64,000 nt of DNA from Candidatus Poribacteria bacterium (GTDB lineage Bacteria; Poribacteria; WGA-4E; PCPOR2b): NCBI GenBank assembly GCA_965198175.1, contig OZ240245.1:3520001-3584000 (forward strand), in the 5' to 3' direction. Every line of letters begins with the position of its first letter. Positions within the stretch are counted from its first letter, which is position 1. Below are positions 41,864 through 52,711 of the stretch, in pieces. The translations under genes and the position numbers were made by a program. Under the pieces are notes generated by a model, which was given only the letters and a program-made list of their open reading frames with translations, was not told the origin of the DNA and did no database searches.

Positions 41864-42946
41864 GTGAAAACTTATCGTGCCGCTGTTATTGGCTGTAGTC
41901 GAATGGGAGCATTCATTGACAATGAAGTCACGGGCGCCCTTGGAATTAAACTTCCGTATTCACACGCCGCGGGGTTCTATGCAGAAGATCGAATAGACCT
42001 CATCGCTTGTTCAGATCTTCGCGTGGAAGTTATGGAGGTATTCGGGATACGGTACGATGTGCCCAAAGAGCGACAATATATCGATTTTCGAGAGCTAATC
42101 GAAAAGGAACAACCTGACATCGTCAGTGTGGCAACTCAGCCGGAACAACGCGCAGAAATCGTTATCCATGCTGCTGAACACAACATCAAAGCTATCTACG
42201 CTGAAAAGGCAATGGCTGCCTCTATGGACCAAGCGGACGCGATGGTAAAAGCCGTTGAACGCAACGGTGTCTTTTTCAACTTGGGTACAAATCGCCGTTG
42301 GGACGTGGGCTTTGACACAATGAAAGAAATCATCGACAGCGGCGAGTTAGGCTCGCTCAAAACATTGATCGTCTACTCGAATGGAACGCTTTTCAACGTT
42401 GCCAGTCATAACTTTGATCTGCTCCTTCGCCTAAATTCTGATCAGCCGGCGTTGTGGGTATCGGCTCATCTCCCCAACTGCGAAGGGATTATCGAGGGGG
42501 AGATTGTGCGCGAAGATCCTGTGGGTCACGGGATGATTCAATTCCAAAACGATGTGACCGCTTACGCGCTTTTGTCCCCACGTTCAAGCGAATGGGAAGC
42601 AATTTGTGAAAGCGGTAGCCTCATGTGTTTCAACAACGGCTGGCGGTGGAGCATTCGTCGCCAGACCGATATACCCGGCTGGGGAGCCTGTTTTACGCCT
42701 GACCGATTCGCCGAATTTGAAAACACAAGCAGCACGGCGAATCTCATTAAGGATCTGGTTCACGCATTGGACACCGGTGAACCGACGCGCGGCGGTGTTC
42801 AAGTAGCGCATGCAAGCACAGAGTTAATCTTTGCCTTCATGGAATCGCATCTGCAAAATGGCGCACGGGTAGATTTGCCGTTGAAGGGATGCAAGCTGCG
42901 ATTGCTCAGGGAACGCGCACCGAACCAGCCGAAGTTAAATGTGTGA
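41864..42946 (+). CDS. Gfo/Idh/MocA oxidoreductase
   Basis: AAVIGCSRMG, PDIVSVAT, AEKAM. Confidence 0.85.
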   Translation: MKTYRAAVIGCSRMGAFIDNEVTGALGIKLPYSHAAGFYAEDRIDLIACSDLRVEVMEVFGIRYDVPKERQYIDFRELIEKEQPDIVSVATQPEQRAEIVIHAAEHNIKAIYAEKAMAASMDQADAMVKAVERNGVFFNLGTNRRWDVGFDTMKEIIDSGELGSLKTLIVYSNGTLFNVASHNFDLLLRLNSDQPALWVSAHLPNCEGIIEGEIVREDPVGHGMIQFQNDVTAYALLSPRSSEWEAICESGSLMCFNNGWRWSIRRQTDIPGWGACFTPDRFAEFENTSSTANLIKDLVHALDTGEPTRGGVQVAHASTELIFAFMESHLQNGARVDLPLKGCKLRLLRERAPNQPKLNV

Positions 42947-43010
42947 TCGACCAGAATGACACCACATGCAGCATTTTGCAGGACACCGGTTTTCAATAAA
43001 GAGGAATTCT

Positions 43011-44057
43011 ATGCCTGTTGTTCAACATACGGTTCTCAGGAAGTTTGTATATGATATGTACATTGCCGCCGGCGGCGTTGAGGAAGACGCCCGAATAGTC
43101 AGCGACCACGTTGTGGATTCTAATCTGACAGGGCATGACTCACACGGCGTCATCAATGCTCCGAATTATGTCAATGGCATGATAGGTGGACCATCAGCGA
43201 ACAAGTTGGGGATAGTTCGTGAGACCCCAGCGAGTGCCGTAATTGATGCAGACGGGGCGCTTGGAATGGTTGCGGCGTGTAAGGGGATGGAACTGGCAAT
43301 TCAAAAAGCAGGAACAAATACGATTGGTGTGGTAGGGCTACACCACTGCGGCCACGCTGGACGGATGGGAGATTACCCCCCACGAGCTGTGATGGAAGGG
43401 ATGCTTGGTATTGTTCTGCTCAATGGTGGTGGTCAACTGATGCACCCGTTTGGAGGTTCCGCACGGCGATTGCCTCCGAATCCGATCGCAATTGCTGTTC
43501 CACGCAAACACGGTGAACCGCTAGTACTCGATATGACAACTACTGTTGTGGCGGGCGGCAAGATTCTCCTCAGGGCGGCACGGAATGAGAACATGCCAGA
43601 GGGCTGGATGATTGATCGAGAAGGAAAGCCGGTAACTGATCCAACTGTGCTGAAGGGGAATCCGGACGATTCAGCGATTATGCCACTTGGCGGGTTCCAA
43701 TTCGGACACAAAGGCTTTGGCTTGGGATTCATGATTGATGCCATTGCGGGAGGACTCTCCTGGGCGGGGTGTAGCCAAGCTAGTCCGACACGTGGCGCCA
43801 GTGGAATCGTCATGATTGCCATCCGAATAGAAGACTTTATCGATCTCGAAGTATATCAGCAGGAAATAGAGGCTCTTATTGAATGGGTGAAATCGTCCCC
43901 AGCCTTGCCTGGCGTTGAAGAAATTTATGTTCCCGGCGAATTCGAGATTCGCAATCGGGAAAAACGGTTAAAAGCGGGAATCCCAATTGAAGAAAAAACG
44001 TGGAACGAACTGGTTAAAACAGCAACTTCCTTCGGTGTTCCAGCACCACGGCTATAA
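43011..44057 (+). CDS. Ldh_2 family (malate/L-lactate-type) oxidoreductase
   Basis: GHDSHG, HAGRMG, GHKGFGL, PGE.E. Confidence 0.9.
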   Translation: MPVVQHTVLRKFVYDMYIAAGGVEEDARIVSDHVVDSNLTGHDSHGVINAPNYVNGMIGGPSANKLGIVRETPASAVIDADGALGMVAACKGMELAIQKAGTNTIGVVGLHHCGHAGRMGDYPPRAVMEGMLGIVLLNGGGQLMHPFGGSARRLPPNPIAIAVPRKHGEPLVLDMTTTVVAGGKILLRAARNENMPEGWMIDREGKPVTDPTVLKGNPDDSAIMPLGGFQFGHKGFGLGFMIDAIAGGLSWAGCSQASPTRGASGIVMIAIRIEDFIDLEVYQQEIEALIEWVKSSPALPGVEEIYVPGEFEIRNREKRLKAGIPIEEKTWNELVKTATSFGVPAPRL

Positions 44058-44064
44058 ATGGGAC

Positions 44065-44093
44065 TTGGAAAGTTGACGCCAATATGGTAGAAT
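44065..44093 (+). promoter_or_regulatory. Sigma70-like promoter of the four-gene membrane cluster
   Basis: TTGGAA-17 nt-TAGAAT with extended TG. Confidence 0.45.
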
Positions 44094-44196
44094 TAGAGCA
44101 GCGGTGAGAGTTTATTTGATAGATCAATGCTGGTCCCCAATTTCTGAGGCAAGAGTTGGAAACATAAAGGAAAAGGTCAGGAGGTCGTGAAATCTG

Positions 44197-45365
44197 ATGA
44201 AATTTGATAAGATGTTTCATTGGGTAGTTGTATTTACCTTCATGCTAGCGTGGGGATGCAGAATCGTGTTTTCGCAGCAACCGGGGCCCCCGGCAAACGT
44301 CAACGCATTTGATACCCCAAACGATGATGGCGCGAGTGTTACCATCACATGGGACAAGTCTCCTGACGACGGCGCCGGTGCAAAAAGCGTCACCGGGTAC
44401 AACATACTCCGCAAGTCACCAGACGCGGAGTTTGAGGTGATTACAAAATTTCCTCTCAAAGCGGGGGAAACACGTTACGTTGACAAGAACGCCAAAGACG
44501 GTCCCGCCTACGCATATATCGTGCAAGCTATCACCGCAACCGAGTCAACATCGGATTCCATGGCGACAGCCCCTGTTAAAGCCGTTGGAAACTGGTTCCA
44601 CACCGGAAAAAAGTGGATCTTCCTCGCGCTCACTCTGTTTTCGGTTGTTGTGGTTTACTCTATCTACCATGCGCGACGTGGAAAAGAGATATTCATCCGT
44701 CGCATCCCCGGGCTTGAAGCGGTAGATGAGGCAATCGGCAGATCGACCGAGATGGGACGTCCTATTCTGTATGTCTTGGGCTTGGGAGGTGTGAGTGATG
44801 TTGCAACAATTGCAAGTATGAACATTCTCAGTCAAGTTGCGCGGAAAACCGCTGACTACGAAATGCCATTGCGGGTTCCGTGCAACGATCCGATTGTATT
44901 GAATGTTGTACGCGAGATGGTGAGAACCGCTTATGTTAACGAGGGCGCCCGGATGCGTATCAGGAGGATGACATCTTTTTCCTTACTGATAGTCAGTTCG
45001 CTTATGCTGCCGGCGTTGATGGGATGATAATTCGTGAGAAACCCGCTGCGATATTCATGCAAGGTACGTTCTATGCTGAATCGCTAATTCTCGCCGAAAC
45101 TGGAAATTCCGTCGGTGCGATTCAAATTGCCGGCACTGACTCTGACTCACAACTCCCGTTTTTTATCGCTGCCTGTGATTACACGTTAATCGGGGAAGAA
45201 TTGTACGCCGCGAGTGCGTACTTGTCCCGCGAACCGATGTTGATTGGAAGTTTAAGAGGACAGGATTATGGAAAGTTGATAATCTTCGGCGCCCTAATCA
45301 TTGGTGTCATTTTCGAACTTTTCGGGATAACCTGGATGACCACATTCTTTCAGCGAGTCGGATAG
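44197..45365 (+). pseudogene. Fibronectin-III + DUF6754-like membrane protein, frameshifted near 44943-44945
   Basis: Adding one G restores AYVNEGRPDAYQEDDIFFLTDSQFAYAAGVDG in frame with ORF 45024-45365. IRRIPGL.A.DEAIGR.TEMGRP and DYTLIGEELYAASAYLS motifs. Confidence 0.75.
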
Positions 45366-45431
45366 GGTTCGCCGAATTCACGATTGCGCAATCCGCTTTA
45401 TTATGTTGTACGTTTACGACCTGGAGGTGCT

Positions 45432-46076
45432 ATGAGAAGACAAGTTCCGTTAGCACTATGCTTCATTTTTGGTCTCGTGATGATGCTCGTCGAGTTTAGT
45501 CCACACCCCTTATCTCAAGGAATCAGGAAAGAGATTATCGACTGGGCGCTAATCATAGGGCCATTTGCACTCGTGTTAGCAGTTGCAACCCTTGTGCACA
45601 CACACTGGACACGTATACGACGCCGCGCCGAATATTGGCATTACAGTTATCTGGTTTTTATCGGAATGACTGTCATGGTCGTGATTGGTGTCCCCTTTGG
45701 ACCCCGTCATCCAGCATTTGTGTGGATGTTCGAGAACGTCCAAGTGCCAATGGATGCAACGATGTTTTCGCTTCTCGCATTCATCATTGCCTCTGCCGCT
45801 TATCGCGCCTTCCGGGCACGCACATTTGAGGCGACCTTGCTCCTTGTAGCCGCGTTGATTGTAATGATTGGGAATGTGCCCGTCGGCGATTTTATCTGGA
45901 ATAAGCTGATTCCAATCGGGGATAATCTGCCGTCCACTGCGCGGCAGTGGATTTTGGACAATCCAAACCTCTCATCGCGTCGAGGAATCATACTTGGCGT
46001 CAGCCTCGGCGTTATTTCTCAATCTATCCGTATCATTTTGGGAATTGAGCGCTCCTATCTTGGTGGAGGAGATTAA
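45432..46076 (+). CDS. Conserved multi-TM membrane protein (DUF6754-associated cluster)
   Basis: ATMFSLLAF.IASAAYRAFRAR, RIILGIER; GGAGG RBS. Confidence 0.8.
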   Translation: MRRQVPLALCFIFGLVMMLVEFSPHPLSQGIRKEIIDWALIIGPFALVLAVATLVHTHWTRIRRRAEYWHYSYLVFIGMTVMVVIGVPFGPRHPAFVWMFENVQVPMDATMFSLLAFIIASAAYRAFRARTFEATLLLVAALIVMIGNVPVGDFIWNKLIPIGDNLPSTARQWILDNPNLSSRRGIILGVSLGVISQSIRIILGIERSYLGGGD

Positions 46077-46081
46077 GAGCG

Positions 46082-46897
46082 ATGCTTGAAAGATTGATGA
46101 ACATCGATCGACGAATCATCTTTATTCTGGTTGCACTCGCGGTAATCATTCCAACATTCTTGAAGGTCAGTTTCCCCATTACAGTCTCCGATCCGACACA
46201 TAGCATCTACGACTATATTGAGAGCCTTCCACCAAAGTCCACTGTTATGATCGGGTTCAACTATGGACCATCATCGCTAGCCGAGTTGGAACCAATGGCA
46301 GTCGCTGTCCTGCGCCACTGTTTTGAGAAAGAGCTTCGAGTCATCGGCATGACTCTTTTTAACGTTGGAGCAACATTGGGAGATGAAGTTATGAAAGACA
46401 TCGCGGAAGAAATGGGCGCAGTAAATGGTGAAGATTATGTGTACCTAGGATTTCGACCCGGCACGGTACAAGCTCTCCTCGGCATGGGCGCTTCAATCGA
46501 AAGCGTTTACGAAAGCGACTATACCAAGACGCCGTTGGCTGAAATCCCCATGATGGCTGACATCAAGAACTACGATCAGATAGACCTAGTTTTAGATTTA
46601 GCCTCATCTGCAACACCGGCATGGTGGATTACTTACACGAACACGCGCTACAACCAACAGATTGCCGCGGGTGTGACAGGCGTGATGGTATCGGAGTTGT
46701 ATCCGTATCTCCAAACAAAGCAGTTGGTCGGACTGATGCCAGGACTTTTAGGGGCTGCGGAGTACGAAAAGCTGATTAACATCCCTGAGAAAGGAACAGC
46801 AGGAATGAGCGTCCAATCTTTCGTTCACCTGCTAATCGTCGCATTAGTTATTTTTGGCAATATCGCCTTTTTTGTTCGTGGACGTAAAGGGCAATGA
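46082..46897 (+). CDS. Conserved membrane-anchored protein (DUF6754-associated cluster)
   Basis: N- and C-terminal TM segments; YGPSS..EL.PM, GLLGAAEYE. Confidence 0.8.
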   Translation: MLERLMNIDRRIIFILVALAVIIPTFLKVSFPITVSDPTHSIYDYIESLPPKSTVMIGFNYGPSSLAELEPMAVAVLRHCFEKELRVIGMTLFNVGATLGDEVMKDIAEEMGAVNGEDYVYLGFRPGTVQALLGMGASIESVYESDYTKTPLAEIPMMADIKNYDQIDLVLDLASSATPAWWITYTNTRYNQQIAAGVTGVMVSELYPYLQTKQLVGLMPGLLGAAEYEKLINIPEKGTAGMSVQSFVHLLIVALVIFGNIAFFVRGRKGQ

Positions 46898-46913
46898 AAC
46901 TGGAGGGTTGCAA

Positions 46914-47579
46914 ATGGAATTAATTGGTGTTTGGGTGGCTGCATTTCTCACGCTTTGCATCTACAGTTTTCTTTACCGAGATAATCCATTTTATCGATTT
47001 GCCGAACATCTATTCCTCGGGGTATCGGTTGGCTACGGATTCGTACTGTCAATCCACAATGGCCTGATTCCCTTTGCATGGGATCCATTCTGGAAGGCGG
47101 TGACAGAGCGAGAACTGGCAGGCTTGCTGAAACTCATCCCGATTGCAATCGGTCTGTTGTTCTTTGCACGTCTCATGCCGAAATACGTCTGGATTATTCG
47201 CTATCCGACTGCCATTCTCATCGGTGTAGGTTCGGGTTTAGCAATCCCTAATGTAATGGATGCAAATATCTTTCGCCAACTACATGGAACGCTTGAGCCG
47301 TTCGCACAGATTCATGCCGGCAAACTAAGTCTGTTTGAAATATTTGGTGCAATCCTTATATTTGTCGGTGTCATTGCCACACTGACCTACTTTTTCTTCT
47401 CAGTCGAGCATCGTGGTGTTGTCGGTGGAATTTCGAAGATTGGGATTGTTTTCTTGATGGTCGGCTTCGGTTCTGCGTTCGGCAACACAGTGATGGGCCG
47501 TGTTTCGCTGTTAATTCAACGCGTTGATTTTTTAGTGAATGATTGGATAGGGTATACTATTCAATACCTTCCGTTCTAA
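46914..47579 (+). CDS. Conserved multi-TM membrane protein (DUF6754-associated cluster)
   Basis: YSFLYRDNPFYRFAEH, FG..FGNTVMGR; GGAGG RBS. Confidence 0.8.
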   Translation: MELIGVWVAAFLTLCIYSFLYRDNPFYRFAEHLFLGVSVGYGFVLSIHNGLIPFAWDPFWKAVTERELAGLLKLIPIAIGLLFFARLMPKYVWIIRYPTAILIGVGSGLAIPNVMDANIFRQLHGTLEPFAQIHAGKLSLFEIFGAILIFVGVIATLTYFFFSVEHRGVVGGISKIGIVFLMVGFGSAFGNTVMGRVSLLIQRVDFLVNDWIGYTIQYLPF

Positions 47580-47611
47580 ATGCTCGGTACGCCCTGCAAC
47601 CTATCGAAGGC

Positions 47612-48502
47612 TCACGCTGTCGAAATAAGGAACACTCCAACAACCATCACCCCGGCTGCGGCGAATCTCAGTTTCGCATGGGATTCCTTCAACACATAGG
47701 TTCCTAACAGCACCGCAAAAATCACGGAACACTGCCGGATTGCGACGACATAACTCACTTTTTGCGTGATAAATGCAAAAAGAATCAGTGTGTAAGAAAT
47801 GAGTATCAACCACCCTGCCACAATAATTCTCTTCCACTCTCGCCGCGCAACATCCGTGATTTCCCGCTTCGGAAAACGAAGAAGGGTGGAAATGCCGTAC
47901 AATACGATCGAAATAGCACCTTGGGTCAAATAGTAGCTAACGGCTTGCCAAGCAGCGAGTTGCGTTGAGGGGGCATGAAATTCGGACATGCCCTTTTTAT
48001 CAATCAGCGAATAGATGATTACCGTGCAAAGCGTTGAAAACGCCCAGGTTGCATCTTGTTGTTTGGTCCGCCGGATGAGTTCCTTAAACCGCAGTCCGTC
48101 TCCCTGTTGCTGGAGCAGGTAAATCGAGAATACTATGCAGAGGATACCTATTAGACCTTGGACTGAGATTGCCTCCTGCAAAAACAAAAATGCGAATAGG
48201 GGTATAAATCCGGGCGCAGATCGGGCGATTGGGTAGACATAGGAGATATCGCCTGACGAGTAGGCTTGGCTCAAGGAAAACCAGTACGCAGAATGAACCA
48301 AGCCGGATGCCACGACATAGATCCAAACGGTTGGGTGAATAATCGGCAGTCGAATTGCGAAGATGATGATTGCAATTGCCGCCGTAAATGCGCCTACCCA
48401 AAAGAAGAAGATTTGCGGTGAACGGCTGGCTTTACTGTAGCAGTTCCACAAGGCGTGGAGGCACGCAGAAAGTACAACAAGAAGAAGAAAAGTTGGGGTC
48501 AT
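47612..48502 (-). CDS. EamA/DMT family transporter
   Basis: SACLHALWN, YVYPIARS; about ten TM segments. Confidence 0.88.
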   Translation of the reverse strand: MTPTFLLLVVLSACLHALWNCYSKASRSPQIFFFWVGAFTAAIAIIIFAIRLPIIHPTVWIYVVASGLVHSAYWFSLSQAYSSGDISYVYPIARSAPGFIPLFAFLFLQEAISVQGLIGILCIVFSIYLLQQQGDGLRFKELIRRTKQQDATWAFSTLCTVIIYSLIDKKGMSEFHAPSTQLAAWQAVSYYLTQGAISIVLYGISTLLRFPKREITDVARREWKRIIVAGWLILISYTLILFAFITQKVSYVVAIRQCSVIFAVLLGTYVLKESHAKLRFAAAGVMVVGVFLISTA

Positions 48503-48996
48503 CGGCTATCCGCGTCGTACTCCTCGCGAGTAAACGTACCACTTTTGCCACCTGCTTTTTTGATTAACCGAATATCGGAGATAACCATCTCCCGATCGAC
48601 CGCTTTACACATGTCATAGATGGTCAAGCCTGCAACAGAAACGGCGGTCAAAGATTCCATTTCCACCCCTGTTCGCCCGACGGTTCGTACTTCAGCCTCA
48701 ATTTCGACCCGGCATTCCGCTTCGTTGATTGACAGATCCACTTTGACAGCGGTCAGTGGAATCGGATGGCAGAGCGGAATTAGATCGCCGGTGCGCTTGG
48801 CGCTCGTGATGCCCGCGAGTCGAGCTGTCTCAAGGACATCCCCTTTTGCAAAACTACGTTCAGCGATCAAACGGATTGTTTCCGGTTTGGCGGATACATG
48901 TCCCCGTGCCACCGCAACCCGCAGTGTTTCTGATTTCGGGGTGATATCGACCATTCGAGCGTGTCCTTTTTCGTCAAAATGAGTCAGTGTGTCCAT
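48499..48996 (-). CDS. moaC: Cyclic pyranopterin monophosphate synthase
   Basis: ARMVD, LIPLCHP, TGVEME, YDMCKAVD. Confidence 0.97.
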   Translation of the reverse strand: MDTLTHFDEKGHARMVDITPKSETLRVAVARGHVSAKPETIRLIAERSFAKGDVLETARLAGITSAKRTGDLIPLCHPIPLTAVKVDLSINEAECRVEIEAEVRTVGRTGVEMESLTAVSVAGLTIYDMCKAVDREMVISDIRLIKKAGGKSGTFTREEYDADSR

Positions 48997-49090
48997 AGGT
49001 GTATTACGTATTCAGTAGAGATTGACTGCTGGAAACTATGCTGTGTTGAATTGAATCGTTCTCACCATCATCAACAACGCCTGTTGCCCA

Positions 49091-49852
49091 CTACCAGGCT
49101 GCAAAATCTTTGAGACAAGCAACCATCTCATTGACGATGGCATTCAGTAAGGACTCCCCCTTTTCAGGCGTTGCATGTTGCGGTTTACCCATTGCTCCAG
49201 TTGGCGTCCGCGTAGCCATCCGTTTGCCGACATTGATGCGTCCTCCGTGTTCGCTGTGGAAAAACGGCGAATCGATTAACGGGGGACTCGCCTTGACTCG
49301 ATCCATTCGCATGATTTCGCCATGTAGCAACAACATCATCGAAGTTTCATATTCGCAAGCGTGCGATAGCTGTTTGGTCTGCATGCCGTGATGCGCGGGC
49401 GATATCGCTGGTGCAGCTACGGTCCAATAAGACGACAATGCTATCCACATCTTATTGTAAACGTCCGACTCGTTTGTAAGTTCTGTGATTGCTTGTGTGC
49501 CAGGGGTGACATTGCCCCCGTGACCGTTAAGAAAGAAAAGACGGCGAAAGCCCGCTTTGGCAATTGACCTCACGATGTTTTTGATTGTAGCGGTGTAGAT
49601 GCTGTTGGTAACGCTTACAGTGCCGGGTAGGTCTAAATGATGATCCGAGGCACCGAGCCACAGCGTCGGCAGCATATAGATTTGCTCACTGAGACGCTGC
49701 TCCACGCGTTCCGCAACTGCCGTCACAAGATACGTGTCAGTCAAAAGCGGAGAATGGTGACCATGTTGTTCCATCGATCCGAGCGGGACCACGACAACAT
49801 TGTTTTTGTCTGTTTGATGGATGTCAACCCAGCAATTGTCTCCAAATTTCAT
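49091..49852 (-). CDS. Creatininase family protein
   Basis: GSMEQHG.H.P..TD, NGHGGN, HACEYETS. Confidence 0.92.
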   Translation of the reverse strand: MKFGDNCWVDIHQTDKNNVVVVPLGSMEQHGHHSPLLTDTYLVTAVAERVEQRLSEQIYMLPTLWLGASDHHLDLPGTVSVTNSIYTATIKNIVRSIAKAGFRRLFFLNGHGGNVTPGTQAITELTNESDVYNKMWIALSSYWTVAAPAISPAHHGMQTKQLSHACEYETSMMLLLHGEIMRMDRVKASPPLIDSPFFHSEHGGRINVGKRMATRTPTGAMGKPQHATPEKGESLLNAIVNEMVACLKDFAAW

Positions 49853-50038
49853 ATGAACCTCTTGATATTAAATTTCTTGCATTTTTGTTCGTAAAATGTT
49901 ATCTTTTAACCTATTGCTCGCAATCCCAATTCTGGGCAATCTGTTCTTGACCTCTTGAGGGATATTTGTCTACAACCATCAATTTGCATTGAGAGGCTCT
50001 CAAGACAACATCAATTGAAAGGAGAGGAAATCTTCCTT

Positions 50039-50383
50039 ATGCCAACGAAATCCTTAACCATTCGTGAAGACTCAGACGTAATAATCGTTGATGTCAACAC
50101 AGACCTTGGAAGCTATGAGGCTGCTGAACTACGTAGAGGGCTTCAAGACTTAATCGGCCAGCAAGCTGAGAAAATTATTGTAAATTTGAACGGTGTGCAA
50201 CATATCAATAGTACCGCTGTTGGCGCCCTGGTTGGCGTTGCAAAGCGACTACGTCAGAAGAGTGGGGATCTTAAGGTTTACGGAACCGCCGATCATATCA
50301 AAAGGACTTTTGACCTGATAGGTGCCTCCAGAGTGCTTGAACTTTATGAATCGGAGACCAGCGCGCTTGCTGGCTTCAAATAG
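50039..50383 (+). CDS. STAS-domain anti-sigma factor antagonist
   Basis: HINSTAVG phosphoacceptor region; about 114 aa. Confidence 0.85.
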   Translation: MPTKSLTIREDSDVIIVDVNTDLGSYEAAELRRGLQDLIGQQAEKIIVNLNGVQHINSTAVGALVGVAKRLRQKSGDLKVYGTADHIKRTFDLIGASRVLELYESETSALAGFK

Positions 50384-50576
50384 TGCTTCTGCTGGCCTCC
50401 AAATTTACTTTGAAACGAGCACGAGGCGGTAGTTTCCCACGGATTGATTTGGCTTCCACCTTTGTCAAGAAAGCGTTTGAAACATTTGGTCTAGGGCTTA
50501 GCACAGAGGCAACCCTTCTACGCCAAGCCTCCCTTGTATACCTACCATTCTGAAAATGGCTCAAGGACAAGAATAA

Positions 50577-51032
50577 ATGCAAGAGTTAATTGAATTCAAG
50601 ATGCCCAGTCACCTCTTGTATGTGAGTTCTATTCTCGCATTTGCCAGGCGATTGGCTCAACAGATTGGTTTCTCCCAGACACGCATGAACGACATTACAT
50701 CGGTTCTTGATGAAGTTTGCAGTAATGCGATTGAACACGGATCTCGCAACGCGACCTCACGGATTGAATTGACATTTTTTTGCGATTCCAGCCAGTTAGA
50801 AGTTTTGGTTCGTGACAAAGGGCAAGAAACGCAGAACAACTGGCTTATCATAGGATGGGTTAATAAACTTCTCCAAGAAAGAACGCCCGGTAGCGAACGC
50901 GGTCACGGCATTTATCTTGCGAGAAAACTTTCAGACCACATGGAGATGCAGCCTAATTCTCACGGAGGAACCGATGTTCGTGTCACCTTTGCGCTTCTAG
51001 TTATACCTGAATCCGTGTATCACACCGTGTGA
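50577..51032 (+). CDS. Anti-sigma factor Ser kinase (RsbW/SpoIIAB-like)
   Basis: EVCSNAIEHG, VRDKG, ERGHGIYL. Confidence 0.87.
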   Translation: MQELIEFKMPSHLLYVSSILAFARRLAQQIGFSQTRMNDITSVLDEVCSNAIEHGSRNATSRIELTFFCDSSQLEVLVRDKGQETQNNWLIIGWVNKLLQERTPGSERGHGIYLARKLSDHMEMQPNSHGGTDVRVTFALLVIPESVYHTV

Positions 51033-51153
51033 TTTGATAGCGGACCGTGAATTTCTTCATGGGATGCATCGAAGAGGAACTTAGTTTCATTTCACAGGAG
51101 AAAATCCCCTTTATTGCGTTCTAGAATCTGAGCATTTCTAACTCCCCCATCAT

Positions 51154-52329
51154 TCACCCGCTCACATCCATCGCGACGATTGTAATGTCATCCTCCCTCG
51201 GTATTGCCTCGCTGAATTTATCGATTGCTTGCACGACACTATCAACAAGAACTGTTGCAGACTGCGAGATCTGTTCATCGAGAACTTCCCGTAGGCGTTC
51301 TGGGCTAAATTCCTCTCCCTGGGAATTTTGAAGTTCATAAGCACCATCGGTATACAGAAACAACCCATCCGAAGGACTGAAAGGGACGTGAAATGTCTGA
51401 TAGATTGAATCGGGCAGGAACCCCAACCCTTCACCAATGGATTGGTTTCCAACGGGTTCACAAACGCCTTGTCCTCGGCGTATCAGAAAGGGAAAGGGAT
51501 GTCCCGCATTTGCCCAGCGAAGCGTTTGATCGAATTGATCTATAACGGCACAGAACGCGGTAGCAAACATAGACAATTCTGAGCTGATTAATTTGTCGAA
51601 ACGAGTGTTTAACGCTTCGAGTATTTGTCCGGGATCATCGGTCTGTTCTCTCATTTCCTCGACAATGGTCTTGATGAATACGGTAACGAAAGCGGCAGGC
51701 ACACCATGTCCCATCACATCAGATATTAGAACCCCCAATTGTCCAGGTCCAACCTCCCACAGATCGAAGAAATCCCCTCCCACGGCAATCTCGGGGGTAT
51801 AGTGTGAGACAATTCGAAATCCTGCTAAATCTGTGATTCCCTGAGGCATCAGGCTCGCCTGCACCTCTTGCGCCATCTGTAATTCCATATCCAAGCGGGT
51901 ATTGTGTTCTGCGAGCTCTTGGTTGGCTTGTGTGAGTGCGTCGTGGTATTGTTTGACACGCAACAGCGAGCGCGCACGGGCAATGATTTCGTAACTGTCA
52001 AACGGCTTAGAGATAAAATCGTCCGCTCCCACCTCAATCGCTTTGATTCGGTCTTGAGCTTCCGTAAGTGCGGTTACCATTACAATTGGGACGAATTGGG
52101 TGTCTTCATCCGCACGAATCCGTTGACAGACCTCAAAGCCATTCATCCGCGGCATCATGATATCCAGCAGAATCAGATCCGGAGGGCCTGCCTTAACCCG
52201 CTCCAGTGCCTCTTGTCCCTGAGTTGCGGTGATAACGGTGTATCCTTTTGCCTCAAGTAGGATTTGAAGCACTCGGATATTTCTGGGTTCATCGTCAACA
52301 ACGAGAATTTTGGGACTAGGCTCATTCAT
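51154..52329 (-). CDS. Response regulator receiver + SpoIIE/PP2C phosphatase
   Basis: REC (LLDIMMP) plus GGDFFD, SDVMGHG, YTDG, DDIT. Confidence 0.92.
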   Translation of the reverse strand: MNEPSPKILVVDDEPRNIRVLQILLEAKGYTVITATQGQEALERVKAGPPDLILLDIMMPRMNGFEVCQRIRADEDTQFVPIVMVTALTEAQDRIKAIEVGADDFISKPFDSYEIIARARSLLRVKQYHDALTQANQELAEHNTRLDMELQMAQEVQASLMPQGITDLAGFRIVSHYTPEIAVGGDFFDLWEVGPGQLGVLISDVMGHGVPAAFVTVFIKTIVEEMREQTDDPGQILEALNTRFDKLISSELSMFATAFCAVIDQFDQTLRWANAGHPFPFLIRRGQGVCEPVGNQSIGEGLGFLPDSIYQTFHVPFSPSDGLFLYTDGAYELQNSQGEEFSPERLREVLDEQISQSATVLVDSVVQAIDKFSEAIPREDDITIVAMDVSG

Positions 52330-52333
52330 TGTT

Positions 52334-52711
52334 CTAAACTTCCTCCGAGAGATAACGATCCACTAACTCAGCAAGGGCGTGTGTATCAATCGGTTTGCTG
52401 ATATAATCGTCACAGCCTGCGTTAAGAAATTGCTCTCGATCGCCTATCATTGCCGCAGCAGTCAACGCAATGATTGGCACATGACACCATTGTGGGTTGG
52501 CTTTAATCTGGCGTGTCAAATCTTCCCCACTTATTCCTGGAAGAGCGATATCCATCAGAATCAAATCGGGGATCTCGGCTCGTAATACCTCAAGAGCCTC
52601 CTCCGCACGCGCGGCTTCAATCAATTCATGGCCTCTTGCTTGCAAGATTATTCGCACGAGCTTACGGTTCATCTCAACGTCTTCGACTACTAAAACGCGC
52701 TTGGCACTCAT
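52334..52711 (-). CDS. Single-domain response regulator (DivK-like)
   Basis: VVED, LMDIALP, ALTA, ISKP. Confidence 0.92.
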   Translation of the reverse strand: MSAKRVLVVEDVEMNRKLVRIILQARGHELIEAARAEEALEVLRAEIPDLILMDIALPGISGEDLTRQIKANPQWCHVPIIALTAAAMIGDREQFLNAGCDDYISKPIDTHALAELVDRYLSEEV

